Shown piece after piece: positions 1 to 15,982 of a DNA stretch of 64,000 bases. Position numbers and translations under genes: made by a program. Source of the stretch: the human T2T-CHM13v2.0 reference genome, Homo sapiens. The stretch lies in the NCBI RefSeq assembly GCF_009914755.1, contig NC_060942.1. One strand, given 5' to 3'. Below the pieces are notes generated by a model. The model saw only the letters and a program-made list of their open reading frames with translations. It searched no databases and had not been told where the DNA came from. How positions within the stretch are numbered: position 1 is the first letter of the stretch; every line of letters begins with the position of its first letter.

Positions 1-510
1 TGGTGGGAGATGGTATCTCATTGCAGTTTTAATTTGCATTTGTCTGATGATTAATGATGTTGAGCATTTTTCCATATGCTTTTTGGCCATTTATATGTCT
101 TCTTTTGAAAAATATCTGTTCTGTTGGTGTTCTTTTCTTTTTTAAAAAAAAAAAAATGGGTTTATTTGGTGGTTGTGGTGGTGGTGGTGGTTGTTGAGTT
201 GTCTGAGATTTTTGTAGATTCTGGATATTAATCCCTTGTCAGATGTATAGTTTGAAATATTTTCTCCCATTCTGCAGGTTGTCTGTTCACTGTGTTATTT
301 CTTTTGCTGTGCAGAAGCTTTGTTAGTTTAATTACGTCCCATTTGTCTATTTTTGTTTTTGTTGTTTTTTGTTGTTTGTGCTTTTGAAGTCTTAATCATG
401 AATTCTTTGCGCAGATCAATGTCCAGAAGAGTTTTCTCTAAGTTTTCTTCTAGCATTTTTATAGTTTCAGGTCTTATATTTAAGTCTTTAATCCATCTTG
501 AGTTGATTTT
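1..510 (-). mobile_element. L1 (L1PB/L1MA-type) ORF2 3' fragment, antisense
   Basis: Antisense L1 motifs tggtatctcattgcagttttaatttgcatt, tgatgttgagcatttt, ttgctgtgcagaagcttt and ggtcttatatttaagtctttaatccatcttgagttgattttt. Confidence 0.9.
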
Positions 511-830
511 TTAATCTTTTAAATAAAATTTAAAATTAGATAACAGTATTTTATATTTATGTACACGGTTACTATTTCCAAAACTCTCCATGTATAAATC
601 CACATTTCCATCTGATATTACTTTCAGTCTGAATTTTTTTTACATTTCTTTTAAAACAAGTCTGCTTACCACCAATTCAGTCAATTTTTGTTAGTCTGAA
701 AAAGTCTTTATTTCACCCTCATTTAAAAAATATATTTTCCCCAAGCTTATAATTCTAGACTGACAATTTGTTTTCTGTTAGCACTTAGTGGATGTCATTC
801 CACTCAATTCTGGTTTGCACAGTTTCTGTT

Positions 831-1591
831 TGAAATCCACCCAGTAGTCCCATAAATAGTTGTTTTTGGATATACAGAAATTAACTTTCCTGGTCCTAAA
901 GCTTAAAACATATGTATTTTGAGACAGAGTCTTACTTTTGTCGCCCAGGCTGGAGTGCAGTGGCACGATTTTGGCTCACCGCAACTGCTGTCTCCCGGGT
1001 TCAAACTATTCTCCTGCCTCAGCCTCCTGAGTAGCTGGGATTACAGGTGCCCACCACAACACCTCGCTAATTTTTGTACTTTTAATAGAGACAGGGTTTC
1101 ACCATGTTGGCCAGGCTGGTGTCAAACTCCTGACCCAGGTGATCCACCTGCCTCAGCCTCCCAAAGTGTTGGGATTACAGGCGTGAGCCACCACACCAGG
1201 CCAACTTATATTTGTTTTATCTGAGTTCCTTCCTCAGGAAAGAATCCCTTAGGCCTCTCAAAAAGTATCAAATAATCAAAAAGTGTCAAATAACTGAAAC
1301 TCAGCAGGTCACCACATCCAGACAATGAGATGCGGAAAGCATCATTCATCGTGATTGCTTCCTTGCCCCTCCCTAGTTCCTGTTTTCTTACACATTGTTG
1401 CATTTCTTCCCTGCTATATAAACCCCTAGTTTTAGCGGGTCAGGAAGATGGACTTGAGGCTGATTTTCCATGTCCTTTACTGCAGCACCTGATTAAAGCC
1501 TTCTCCCTTGACATTACTCATCGTCTCAGTCATTGGCTTTCTGTGTGGTAAGCATCAGGACCTAGCCTGAACCCCTGGTGTCTTGGTAACA
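831..1591 (+). mobile_element. ERV solo LTR (LTR47-like; subfamily uncertain) with an Alu inserted in it
   Basis: Starts TGAAA and ends TAACA, with 4-bp TSD tgtt on both sides. Internal TATA-like ctatataaa (~1414) and ATTAAA poly(A) signal (~1492). Confidence 0.75.
917..1202 (-). mobile_element. AluS, full length
   Basis: Dimeric antisense Alu (gagacagagtc...gcctcccaaagtgttgggattacaggcgtgagccacc). Confidence 0.97.
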
Positions 1592-2452
1592 TGTTGAGAA
1601 ATCTGTGGAATCTATTCTTATGTATTGTGTCTTATTTTGTTTGGCTATTTTTAAGATTATCATTGCTTTTCATTAATTTGATTATTATATGCCTTAATGC
1701 ATCTGTCTTTGTGTTTTTCCTGATTGATTTATTAAACTTCCTGAAGCAGTGGCTTTATATATTTCAGTAATTTAGAAAAATTCAATAATTATTTCTTAAA
1801 ATATTTTTCCTGTTTTGGCCGGGTGCAGTTTCCCCATCTTCCTTTCCTTCTGGAACTACAATTAACAAGTATATTAGACAACTTAGTATTGTTCCGCAGA
1901 TTATTGTCTCTGATTATTTTCAGCTTTTTTTTTTCTCTGTGCATCAGGTCTTAAAGTTTCTATTTCTATGTCTTCAAGTTCATTAATACTTTTTTCAGCA
2001 ATATCTAATGTCTTAACCCCATCCATAAATTTTCACTTCACAGATTTTTTTTCAATTTTATGTATTTCAGTTCATTCTCCTTTTTATAATTTTAGTATCT
2101 CTCCCACTATGTTCATAATTTCCTTTATATCCTTGAGCATATTTAAAGTAGATGTAGTAGTCTTTGCTTGCGGATTCCAATCATCTCCTGCCATTTCTGG
2201 ATCTGTTTCTACTGAGTTTTTTTTTCTGATTATTGGTCACATGTTTTGCTTCTTTGAATATCTAGCAGTTTTTATTTGATATTAGACTTTTTTGATTTTA
2301 CATTGTCAAGAGTCTAGATCTTGTGATTTTCATTTGAAGATTATTGGACTTTGTTTAGCATGACTTTAAGTTACTTGTAGAACAGCCTAATCTTCTTTGA
2401 GGTTTGTTTTTTATATTTGTTAGGGTTCATTTAACTAGCCTTTTAACTAGGG

Positions 2453-2680
2453 CAGGGGTTGGCAAACATTTTCTATAAAGGCAAGATAGTAAATACTTTA
2501 GGCCTTGTTGGTCCCACTGTTTCTGTTGCAACTACTTAATTCTGCCATTGTAGCTTGAAAACAGCAACACATAACAGATAACACATTAAAAAAATGAGTG
2601 TGGCTGTGTTCCTTTACAATTTTAGGAAAAACAGGTGAAAGGCCACATTGGACCTACAGCCTGTAGTCTGCCAACTCCTG
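2453..2680. mobile_element. MER58A hAT-Charlie MITE
   Basis: TIRs caggggttggcaaac / gtctgccaactcctg; degenerate 8-bp TSD aactaggg/acctaagg; internal gttgcaactacttaattctgccattgtagc. Confidence 0.85.
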
Positions 2681-2879
2681 ACCTAAGGATAATTTAGCCC
2701 TACTATTATGGATTGACTGTTCTGAGGTTCCCACTAAATACATTTGTTGTTCAACATGATTTTTTAACTTTGCCTGCTCAAAAATCCATTATTCCCTGAG
2801 TTTTTGAGATAGCTGAGAATTTTTCAACTTAAGGTTTATCAGTTTTTCTTCTTCTAGACTTCTACATGTGCTCAAAGTC

Positions 2880-3050
2880 AGCAGAAGTGTGTCTCTGACA
2901 GACCCTTGTTTAAAAGCCTCATCTAAGAAAATCCTCTTTTTGATCAACTTAAAGGCAACGGACTTAGGATCTTCATCGCATCTGCAAAATGTCTTTACCT
3001 TTGCCATACAGTGTAGCCTAATCAGAGTGATATCATCATATTCATCTCCC
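2880..3050 (-). mobile_element. MLT1-family (MaLR) LTR fragment
   Basis: catctgcaaaatgtctttacctttgccatacagtgtagcctaatc resembles antisense MLT1 5' region. Confidence 0.5.
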
Positions 3051-3493
3051 TTCTTTCCGGGTACAAGATAAAAATTCCTTGCCCCAGCTGTAGAATCAGC
3101 CATATTTTCAAAGACCTTGGGCTTCTTCTAGTGGGGAATTATATTTAGAATCCAAGATATGAGTGCCAAACATACTGGTCATTGCTGAGGTGTCAGTGTT
3201 TCCAGGACACAACATGGGAGGAGAAGGTGGTAAGATCTGAAGCTTGGGTTATTGTAAAACTTGGCAGGCCAGGCAGAGTCACAAAGGGAAGGAGTCTCAG
3301 AATACAGGCAACATCATATTCTAGGCATTTTGATACCAACATAGAACGACAAAGTATAACAAAGATATGTATTTTCCATTTCACCATTTTTATTCAATTG
3401 AGAAGACAGCTTTGGATGTATGCTTTCATACTGTCTGAATCTGAAAAAAATACAAACTCAAAAACAACTAATTTCAGAGAAAAAAATACTTGA

Positions 3494-3717
<224 letters not shown>

Positions 3718-4187
3718 GAGAATGACTTTTATGTAGGCAGAATAAATCTTTTACATGAATCAAAACTTTATATTTGGGATATTTTCTGTCTCTTACATTC
3801 TTATATTAAGAAATCACATATTTCATTAAAAGGAGACACAAAATCTTTAAGATTGGAGAAGGCAAAATTGCAGAAAACTAGGAGAATAAAGTCTAGAACA
3901 TACAACGAAGAGTCAACTATGGTAGCAAAACTTCTCTCACCATTACTTTGAAGTTACTGCCACCAATCAATGTCAGCTATAAATGGTAATAGGAAGTTTC
4001 CAAATGTAGATAAAGGAACTAGTAGAAGAAATGGAAAGATTATTGCTTAAGGACTCAATCATAGTTTTGAGTCTGTTTTTCCACTTACATTTTTTTAGGG
4101 ACTTTTGGTAAGTGATTTAGCCTCTTTGAATCACAACATTATTACAATGAACATACACACTTGATATAAGCATTAAAATTGATTGTG

Positions 4188-4485
4188 GGCCAAACACGGT
4201 GGCTCACACCTGTAATCCCAGCACTTTGGGAGGCCAAGGTGGGCAGATTACCTGAGGTCAGGAGCTCGAGAACAGCCTGGCCAACATGGCAAAACCTGTC
4301 CCTAGTAAAAATACAAAAATTAGCTGAGCGTGGTGGTGGATGCCTGTAATTCCAGCTACTCGGGAGGCTGAGGCAGGAGAATTGCTTTAACCCGGGAGGC
4401 GGAGGTTACAATGAGTTGAGATCACGCCACTGCACTCCAGCCTGGGTGACAAGAGTGAAACTTAGTCTCAAAAAATAAAGTAAAA
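4188..4485 (+). mobile_element. AluS (Sq/Sx-like), full length
   Basis: ggccaaacacggtggctcacacctgtaatcccagc...A-tail; gattgtg repeated on both flanks as a TSD remnant. Confidence 0.97.
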
Positions 4486-6029
4486 TTTTTTTAAAAAGGT
4501 GATTGTGAATCTTAATAGTCTGCAAACAGAGGTGGTCAGTGAATGATGTTACTGTTGATTTCAGATATACCTACTTAGGAAATGTTATGTTGTAGCTTTA
4601 ATTTTTAAAATAGTAGAAAAGTGATTGACATGATTTGAGACAAATATGAAATCTGTAGGTATGTCACTGATACAGTCAATTCATTGTCAATTCCAGTCAA
4701 GGCTTCTAATACATAGACAAAACTGGTATTTGTGCACTAATGTCAAGAAGTGTGACTGAATTGGTGAATGAACAGCTAATCCTACAGCAAGCACTAATAT
4801 GTTAAATACTGGAAAAATGTTTCCAAAAACAGCAGATGTTCTCAGATCAAATACTATTTCAATGAAAAATTGTGGGAAATAGTCAAAACTAAGGCACAAA
4901 AAGAAGTTAATGAATTTGCATTATTATTTATGAAAGAATTGAAAAGTTATGTGAGAATATGATAATGTCAAGTGGTGAATGGCCTGTTTATTTGGACTTA
5001 ACAAATGTTAATATAAAAAAATAAAGGAGTTACTACAAAGAAGGAATAGCTGTGAACGTCAGAATGGTTGCCACACCATTTCTCACCCTAAAGTAATCTC
5101 ACATACAGATCTCAGATACAAAGAAGCAATTTTGCAAAAAGTAAAATTTGTTTGTTCCAATGTTAATTAAGGCACCATACTGTTAAGGAAATGATTATGA
5201 TTTTGATTGAGGTCTTGCTACTACTTCATGTCACTTTCATCAATATAAAAATACAATTTCACCCAGTATTATAGCAAGCTAATTAAAACATTTAATTTTC
5301 AGTCAAAATTTGTTTAAACATGATGGCTCTAAAAGTACAATAATATTCAAGTCTTCCTGAAATACAGATGTTGTTGTAAAATGCCTTGCCAACTGGATAT
5401 CAATTGTACTGACCTAGCCAATAAGCACATTACTTGTGACAGCATATAGGAAAATTGGATGAGTTATGGCATACGTTTAAAAACAGTATTTTCAAAGTTT
5501 CCTAATTCCTGCCTTAATAATATTATCAATGAATTACATTAGGAGATAACTGTGAGACTTGTTTGGAGGGAGGCCTGAAGATTTACCCAGGGAAAAAATG
5601 GTTCACAAGGACAGCTCAGGCACAGTTAAATTTGCAATGACTTACCCCAAAAATATTTATAGATCTTCTAAAATGTTCAATCCCCAGTTCAAAAAATACA
5701 TTGGGCACATTTATAGGATAAATTGAGGTATCTTACAAAGGGTGTATGATGCAATGGGGGAGATAGATACTTTTTATCTAAATGAATATTCATTTCTCTG
5801 AGATTTTTAAAGCTCTGAACTAAAATTTAGCTAGTTTCTCCAAAATTTAGCTTCGGTTTGAAGTAATGAGAAATGAAATCAGGCTGACTCATCTTTCATC
5901 ATGCTTCTCCATCTGTCCCTTTCCTTCAGACCCAACTGTCTATAGTTTGGGCTCATACCTGGATGCCTGCAATCCTGAGAGATAAAATTCCCAGGAGTTC
6001 TTAGCACACAGTTTTTGAAGACAAAGACC

Positions 6030-6640
6030 CAGATGAGTCATTTAAGGTGGAAGTATGTGAGGAGAGAAGCCGACCCAGAAATAAGCCTCAAAGACGGCCA
6101 ACACTTCCGTTAGAGAAGATGATTTTAGCGAAGGAAGCTATGAAGAAGCAGCTTTAAAGGCAGGTGGAAAGAGGAAATACTTGGAAAATTGACTGAAACA
6201 TCAAAAAAAAAAATTGAGAAATATTCACAGGGTTTGATTCCATGAAAATTTTTTGTTACATTTGCAAGAACAGTTTTGGTAAGGTGTTCGAGACAGACAC
6301 CAAACGGTAATGTTTGAAAAGTGAAACGCTGGTGAAAAATGAAGAATGTGTAAGTGTACAACTCTTTTCAGGGACTATGATGGAAGGAGAGGCCCAAGGG
6401 AGTGGACGTAAGATGTCAAAGATATTAAAGCGTGTTTAAATGATCGGGGAAAGTTAAAGTGCAGAGGAGGATGAAGGTTTCATGTTAGGGAGAAGATAAC
6501 ACACAGAGCACACCTGAGAAGGCAGGATCAGGTGGGATCTTAAGCATGCATGAAAGGATTTCCTTTTGACAGGAGGCACATGACATCAATTAAAACAGCA
6601 AGAGAGAAAGAGGCAGATGCAGGTGAGTATGTAGATTTAA
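6030..6640 (-). mobile_element. L2 fragments
   Basis: Degenerate purine-rich L2 antisense pattern (ttgttacatttgcaagaacagttttggt...gtgtacaactcttttcagg). Confidence 0.55.
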
Positions 6641-6973
6641 GAAAGGTTTTCCAGTTAAAAAATCTCCTTGCTCTCTCAATACCCTTTAATTAGTTACTTC
6701 AGTCTTCAGTCACTCAAAGACTCCAAATATGGGTTAATTTTTAAAAAATCATACATTGCATTTTCATGTAAATATACTAATCTAGCTGGAAAAAAGTACC
6801 CACTGTAATTCTCTTCTTCCCATTTATTTTCCATGCCACCTCCTAGCTGAATTTAATCATTCTAAAGGCGTAAGTCAAACACTTCTCTATCAATGGTCTC
6901 CTTTGCCTGTACAGAAATCTTTGCAAAGCACTTACTGTGTTGAGAAGTGATTATATGCTATAGGTTATTGTGA

Positions 6974-8110
<1,137 letters not shown>

Positions 8111-8582
8111 ATATAATAAAAGGATAGCCTAATTTGGAGTTAGACTATATGTCAGTTATCATTTTATTGCCTCTCAGATCCAAATATACCTTTTAATATA
8201 TGCTCTGTGATAAACAACATAATTCCTTTAATTGTGTCTCCTTTCAAGTGAGCGTGATGTTTTGCTTTTCAGTAAAGTGCACTGGAGAAACATTGCAAAA
8301 ACGAAAGAGCTCTCCCGTCCTCTTTCTACAGGAGCTAGAGGTGGGCTATGTCCACCTGAAGGCATCCAGAGAAGCTTACCCAACCACAGGCCCCAACTGT
8401 GGTCCCTAGGAGACTTTGCAGCTTCAGCCTAGAGGTAACCTCTCTGTTGCCCCCTCTACCTGGAAACCAAAGTCCTATTCTCTAAGCATCTCCCAGCATC
8501 ACCAGCTCCAGAACTCCCAGAGCACACTTTGCCACCAGTTGCCGGTCAGCTACCTGCTCCCTCCTGTACTCTGAGGAGTGGA

Positions 8583-9539
<957 letters not shown>

Positions 9540-10219
9540 CCAAATTGTCCTTTTTAAGGCACTTTCTCTCGGGATACCATAGAGTTTCCTTTAATTTTTT
9601 TATTTTACTCTTTTATCATAGTCAGTAGTTCTTTGTATCAAATTCCTCCTGTTTAACCTACTGTGTGGTTTCTGTCTCCTGATTGGACTTGGACTTGTGA
9701 TAGCTTATCTGCATGCATTTTCCAAAAGTAATCTATGAAAGGAAAACATGTACTAAAACTATAACATGAGAGATGGGAGAAGAATCAAGGGTTTTGTTTG
9801 GTTTGTTTTGGCTTGGTGAAAAATTAGCAATTGAGTAAACTGAAGGAAAGAATCATTACAGAAGTAGGATGAAGGTACTAGAAAAAGAAATACTGTCTTC
9901 AAGATAGGAGAGGCTAGAATCTATTCTAGAGATTGAAAATGCTGGTTATCAATCATGAGAGGCTTCTTTACAATTCTAATTTCCAAGGCCTATGCTCAGA
10001 GATTCTAATTAAGTTTTTCTCCGGTAAAGCTCAAACATCAGTTTCTTTGATGGCTAGCAGTAGGGAGGCAAGAATAGGGGTAGGCAGATGTGTAGACATA
10101 GGAAGTTAACATGTTAATAAGATCCCCTATGATTAACGCAATTTTGTTTCTGAGAAATTTAAAGCAGTATTATATGTTAACAATGAGGCATGGATTGTGA
10201 AACGGCTTTGGACATTTAA

Positions 10220-10740
10220 TGACACCCAGTATGACACATGTGTACAACTCATTGTATAATAATGTGGGTTCAAAGAATCATAAAACATGTTTTCTGGCCT
10301 CTTGAGAAACTTGCTCTTTAGTTGGGAGACTGGAAAAAATAATAAAAGTATGAATAATACCATGGGTAATACATTTAAGTTTCTAGGAAATTGTAAAGGC
10401 AATGAAAACAATTGGAGTTTAAAAGAAATTGGTTTGAGTGATGAACAAAGATTTCAAGATATGGAATTTAATGTAATCTGAAAAAATGTGTCACAAAAAA
10501 TGATACAAATATTCTTAATGATGAAATGGACATGCACCTCATTTAAGAGTTTCGGAAGAGATTTGCCTAGCTAAAGTAGAAGGCTTTAAGGAGACAAATG
10601 AGAGAGGTTGAATATATGGTTTAGGTCAGATTTAGTTTGTATAGAAGAGCCAAATGAAATATATTAAGGGAGAATGTCGGTACCACAGTAAGGAATTTGG
10701 GCTTTATTCTGTGGCTGATAAAAAAGCCACTTAAGTGTAT
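10220..10740 (-). mobile_element. Degenerate L2 3' region
   Basis: L2-like motifs (tggcctcttgagaaacttgctctttagttgggagac; taaggaatttgggctttattctgtgg). Confidence 0.45.
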
Positions 10741-11309
10741 ATATTTGGCATCCTCTTACCTGCCTTCTGCAACTCTAGTCAGTGCACTGAAAATTGCCCA
10801 GGCAGCCTCACTATGGGGTCCTAGTGACAGGAAGCATGGTTATGAGTACATAATTAAGCAGAACATGTTCCTGAATACAAAATGTACACTCATGATCTCA
10901 TAGGTCAAAATTCAATGGAAACACTTTAGTATAATTAAAGCTTATAGTAATATGGAGAGTGTTTTGGAATATCACATAACTTTCTCACCTTTCTTGTTAT
11001 AGTGTAGGTTTTGTTATTTGGTTTTGTGTGTGATTTTATATTCTTCCTTCAGGTATTTCACAAATAATATATCCATGAAGCTTATGCTAACACCACCAAA
11101 AAGTAAAATGGGTACAACCACAGCAGTGAGGTTAGTCCAGCTTTTTCCAGACTTTCAGGAAATCATAGATTTTTACCCCAGTCTTTTAAGAGAGGACTCT
11201 TGATTTTCCTATTAAGAACAAATCTTGGTGGGTTACCCAAAGAATCAACCTTGAAATAGAAGAAAAAAAACACAGGGTATTTATGTTAAAGAGAAAAGTC
11301 CAACCCACA

Positions 11310-12123
11310 TGCTATGAACTGAATGCTTGTGTCCAGTCAAAATGTGTATGTGGAAACTCTAATCCTAATGTGATGCTAGTGTTTGGAAATGAGTCCTTTG
11401 GGAGGTAATTAGGTGATGAGGGTAGAACCCTTATGATGAGATTAGTGCCTTCATACAAACAGACACGAGAGAGCTTGTTTCCTCTTTTTCTGCTCTCTGC
11501 CACCTGAGGACACAGCAAGAAGAAGGCCATCTACAAAACAGGAAGAGGATTGTATTAGGGTTTTCTAGAGGGACAGAACTAATGGAATAGATACATATAT
11601 ATGCATACATATAAAGGGGAGTTTATTAAGTATTAACTCACATGATCACACGGTCCCACAATGGGCCATCTGCAAGCTGAGGAGCAAGGAGAGCCAGTGT
11701 GAGTCCCAAAACTGAAGAACTTGGAGCCGGATGTTCCAGGACAGGAAGCATCCAGCATGGGAGAAAGATGTAGGCTGGCAGGCTAGGCCAGTCCCTCTCT
11801 TCACATTTTTCTGCCTGCTTATATTCTAACCGTACTGGCAGCTGATTAGATTGTGCCCACCCAGATTAAGTGTAGGTCTGCCTTTCCCAGTCCACTGACT
11901 CAAATGTTAATATCCTCTGGCAATACCCTCACAGACATACCCAGGATCAATACTTTGTATCCTTCAATCCAATCAAGTTGACACTCAGTATAAACCATGA
12001 CAAGGCCCCTCACCATAATCACCGTATTCCTTGATCTTGGACTGCAGAACTGTGAGAAATAAATTTCCATTTTTTAAGTTACCCAGTCTATGGTAATTTG
12101 TTAGAGCAGCCTGAACTAAGACA
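11310..12123 (+). mobile_element. MLT1A-type MaLR solo LTR split by MLT2A
   Basis: tgctatgaactgaatgcttgtgtcc start; cagaactgtgagaaataaatttcc...gcagcctgaactaagaca end. Confidence 0.88.
11551..12002 (-). mobile_element. MLT2A (HERV-L) solo LTR, MLT2A1/A2
   Basis: tgtattagggttttctagagggacagaactaatgg...ccttcaatccaatcaagttgacactcagtataaaccatgaca matches antisense MLT2A. Confidence 0.9.
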
Positions 12124-12929
12124 TCTCAGAAAAAAACAAACAGACAAAACAACTCTTCTAGGTCTGGGGTAGGGAGATAGAGTGGAGAGGAAGGACAAGG
12201 AGATTTGAAGTGGAAGGATCATGACTACAACCAAGGATTAATTCCTAATTGGAATAGAATGAAAATTGCCAGACAAGTTTGAGTGAATCTAAGGACATCA
12301 GCCTGATGTCCCTTTTTCTCTGTCATAAACTGGGAGGAGTGAAAGCTTGCCAGAGGAGACCTAAATTCCCAGCATTACATCCAACTGTTGTGGAAAGGGA
12401 AGAGGAGAAATGGTTGACTTGGGGTCTGGATGAGTGAACCTGGAACCAGCTTCACCTCTCTGGCTCTGTGTAAAAGCAGTCAACCAAACACCAGGGTGTG
12501 CTTACCCCTGAGAGAACACGTATGTTGTCCAAGGTTAGCAATATTTGAAGGTTTATTTTAAGTGAAATTAATTTCCAGATATTCAACTTCCAGATGTACT
12601 CCTTCCAAAATTTGATTTGCCTGAGAACTCACTCCCTCTCTTTAGACAATAAGTCCTTCCATTTTACAAAATAAGAACATATTGTTTGGTGCGTTGCCCT
12701 GGATGTAAAAAGTATGGGACAAAAATAAAGAGACAGTTGTGATTCTTGGTCTATCTGTTGAGAGAGTGAATATCTCTACCTAACTGGATTTAAATATTTA
12801 TCTTGTAAACCAGATGATTATCTAGTCCTTAGGTTTCGGTAATAATTCAATTATGGTCTATGGTGCTGTCAACTACTAAATCATTAAAAATACTTTTGGT
12901 TATAGATCATTGTGTTAAATTTGGTGTAT

Positions 12930-14177
12930 AATCAAGGAAGACAAAACAATTGAATGACATTGTTATAAAACAACTGCCATTCTCATAAACTTATGTATGT
13001 GGACAAGATTTTTGGGCATTTATATCTGTAAACATTTTTAAATGAATAAATGTGATCATTAGCTTTTTTTCATTCAGTAGTATGTAATATTCAACTATGA
13101 ATTCTTGAAATAATTGGAAAAAATTCCTCATCTCTCTCATAATGGGATGGATTTTCAATAAAGTTTTACCTTTTTATTTAATGAATATGCATCAAATTTT
13201 AAAATATATTTGAATTATTTGGATTAACTGAATACTAATAATAGAACTGATAAACATAAAGAAATAATTTTTCAAATTTTAAACATTTTTAACATCAAAA
13301 TTTTTAAGCATATTTACAACATGCTTACAGAAAAAATAATCTTTATAGAAAAGCATGGTAGAGAAAATCAGTTAGATTTTACATACAAGTATGCTTTACA
13401 TAAAAACAACACACGACCTCAATATCATAAAGCAGTAAGGATCTATTTGCTCATCTGGAGCAGCTAGAGTTTGGCTTGGTGCTTCTGCTTATGTTGGCTG
13501 GTCTTGCTCATCCATCTGTGATGCCTGGATGTTGACTGATCTAGGCTCAGACAGCTGGGGACACTCAGCTCTGCTTCAGGTGTCTTTTATTCTTTAAGAG
13601 ACTAACTCTGGCAGAAGCACAATAGAGAGGGCAAACCCAATCATTCAAGAGCTTCCTAAGCCTCTGCTCATCTCACATTTTCCAACGTCACCTTGGCCAA
13701 AGCAAGTCACAAATTAATCTCAGAGACAAAATGGGAAGGTAGTACAAAGTTACATGGCAATGGATGGGGAAAGCCTTAGGGCCACTTTTGTACTCTACCA
13801 CAGGGTGGTAACTAAAATACTTTAATGCACTAAAATATATAAGAACAAATTCTATAGGAAAAATAAAGGGAAAACATGAACTCAGGAGAAAAGGAACAAA
13901 AATAGAATTTATGACTTTCAGTGAAGGGCTTGTTCAATGTTTCTAATATGGATGACAGTGGGTATCAAATTATTATGAATTTAAATTGCATTGGATATAT
14001 TTTAAAAAGTGATAGAGCAGTTCTATTTTAAAATGGCAATATTTACAACATGTTAAAATCATATCCTTTGCAACTATTAAAACTTATGAGGAAACTAAAT
14101 TAAAAATGTGTGAGTAGTGACTAGATCTCCAAAATTATTTCAGGAGATATGTAAGCAAAATAATTTGAATGCCACTG
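12930..14177. mobile_element. hAT-Charlie DNA transposon terminal remnant, interrupted by an MLT1
   Basis: AT-rich Charlie-like sequence ending gtaagcaaaataatttgaatgccactg (hAT TIR-like, CAGTGG on the minus strand). Confidence 0.5.
13387..13802 (-). mobile_element. MLT1H-like MaLR LTR
   Basis: ccttggccaaagcaagtcac and caaagttacatggcaa; ends ctaccaca. Confidence 0.7.
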
Positions 14178-14426
14178 ATACTGAATTTTCAGAACTCAGA
14201 GAAAGGAGGGAATTATGGAATTTCTAAAAAACTTGTGAATTAGAAGAAGTCTGGTTCAGGTCAAAGCTCATCACATTTGGGAACCTCAAAACAAAGGGCA
14301 ATGCTGTCAGCAAACCCAATATGGGACTTTTGGTAGGGCACAGCCCAGTTATTCGTGACAACTTGGATATAAGACTTCTGTGTCCTGTGGATAATTCCTA
14401 CATTAAGTAAAAACATTCTAGGCCTG

Positions 14427-14791
<365 letters not shown>

Positions 14792-14938
14792 TTAGACCAT
14801 AGATCTGAGGAGATAATTCATAGGTGATTATAGAATTACAGATTGAGATAAAGAGTATATGACACAACCTCACAGATTGGGAGCAGAGAAAAGTCAAATA
14901 TAAGAAAGTCTTATCATGAAGCCATGTCCTCCCAAGAT

Positions 14939-15268
14939 TAGGAATTATCAGAAGTATCATTTGCCAAATCTTAAGCCAAATTTCAGATCATTTCACTTCA
15001 CTCATAACAGGGCAGGACACGGAGTGACAAAACAAGCCAGGCCATAGTAGGAATTATCAGAAGTATCATTTGCCAAATCTTAAGCCAAATTTCAGATCAT
15101 TTCACTTCACTCATAACAGGGCAGGACACGGAGTGACAAAACAAGCCAGGCCATAGTAGGAATTATCAGAAGTATCATTTGCCAAATCTTAAGCCAAATT
15201 TCAGATCATTTCACTTCACTCATAACAGGGCAGGACACGGAGTGACAAAACAAGCCAGGCCATAGTAG
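14939..15268. repeat. Perfect tandem repeat, 3 x 109 bp
   Basis: Unit ggaattatcagaagtatc...caagccaggccatagta starts at 14941, 15050 and 15159. The three copies are identical, with TAG microhomology at the ends. Confidence 0.98.
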
Positions 15269-15982
15269 ACACAATGAGGACTGAGGCTAATGGCCATAAA
15301 CCAGCAGGAATAGCAACCAGATGTTAGTGCTAGAACCAGATACACAGCCACCCATGAGGTTTTTCTAGATTCCATCTGTGTTATTTTGTCTCAAAAAAAT
15401 CAAAATTAAATAATATAGGGATATCAAATTAATATATCTTAGGATAATATATATCTTGGGATAATAGTCATATATCTGCATGAGAAATTTCTTAATTTAT
15501 TATCATCTATAATGTCTAGATCATGGAATTCTTTCATCTACTCATATTTTGAATGCCCAGTGTCTAGCTTTGATGGAAAAACTAAATTATGCAAGTATCA
15601 AGATTTAGTACCACCTGAAGCAAACAAATTAACTAAATGATTTCTCAATTTTCCTTCCAAGTCTTATGATTTAATGAGGTTATGCAAAAGATGACTAAAT
15701 ACAAAATGTGTGGAAATGTTGTCAACGTTAAGTGTTTTCCTTTAGAGGCGTAGGTGGCTTCAAGAGCCTTGATAGCAAGGCAAGTGTGACCTTTTCTGTT
15801 GAAAGACTGAAACTCAGTACATGCATTCATGAGGCATTTACCAAAATCCTTTAGAGCAATTGCTGAGGCACTTTTGTTGTGAGGTCAGAAAAACAGGATA
15901 GAAAACAGTTTGAAGTATTTTCTGGAACTGACTTGAAGAAAAACCCTAGGAATGGCTGTGCCAGGATAAATGAGTAATGGTC

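Larger units (their letters stand above)
560..2450 (-). mobile_element. Old L1M fragments, antisense, interrupted by an LTR at 831-1591
   Basis: T-rich degenerate L1M-like text (tctgaaaaagtctttatttcaccctcattt; ttctatttctatgtcttcaagttcattaatactttttt). The L1M motif ttctgttgagaaatctg is split exactly by the LTR. Confidence 0.65.

Noticed and set aside
1258-1293. 18-bp tandem duplication inside the LTR
   Set aside because: Ordinary slippage duplication with one mismatch; no functional implication.
4930-4985. YVRI**CQ peptide reminiscent of a retroviral integrase zinc finger
   Set aside because: Cys spacing is wrong, there are two stops, and no upstream His pair or flanking homology.
14939-15268. 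CRISPR-like or coding repeat array
   Set aside because: Units are head-to-tail with no spacers, 109 is not a multiple of 3, there is no ORF, and the context is eukaryotic.
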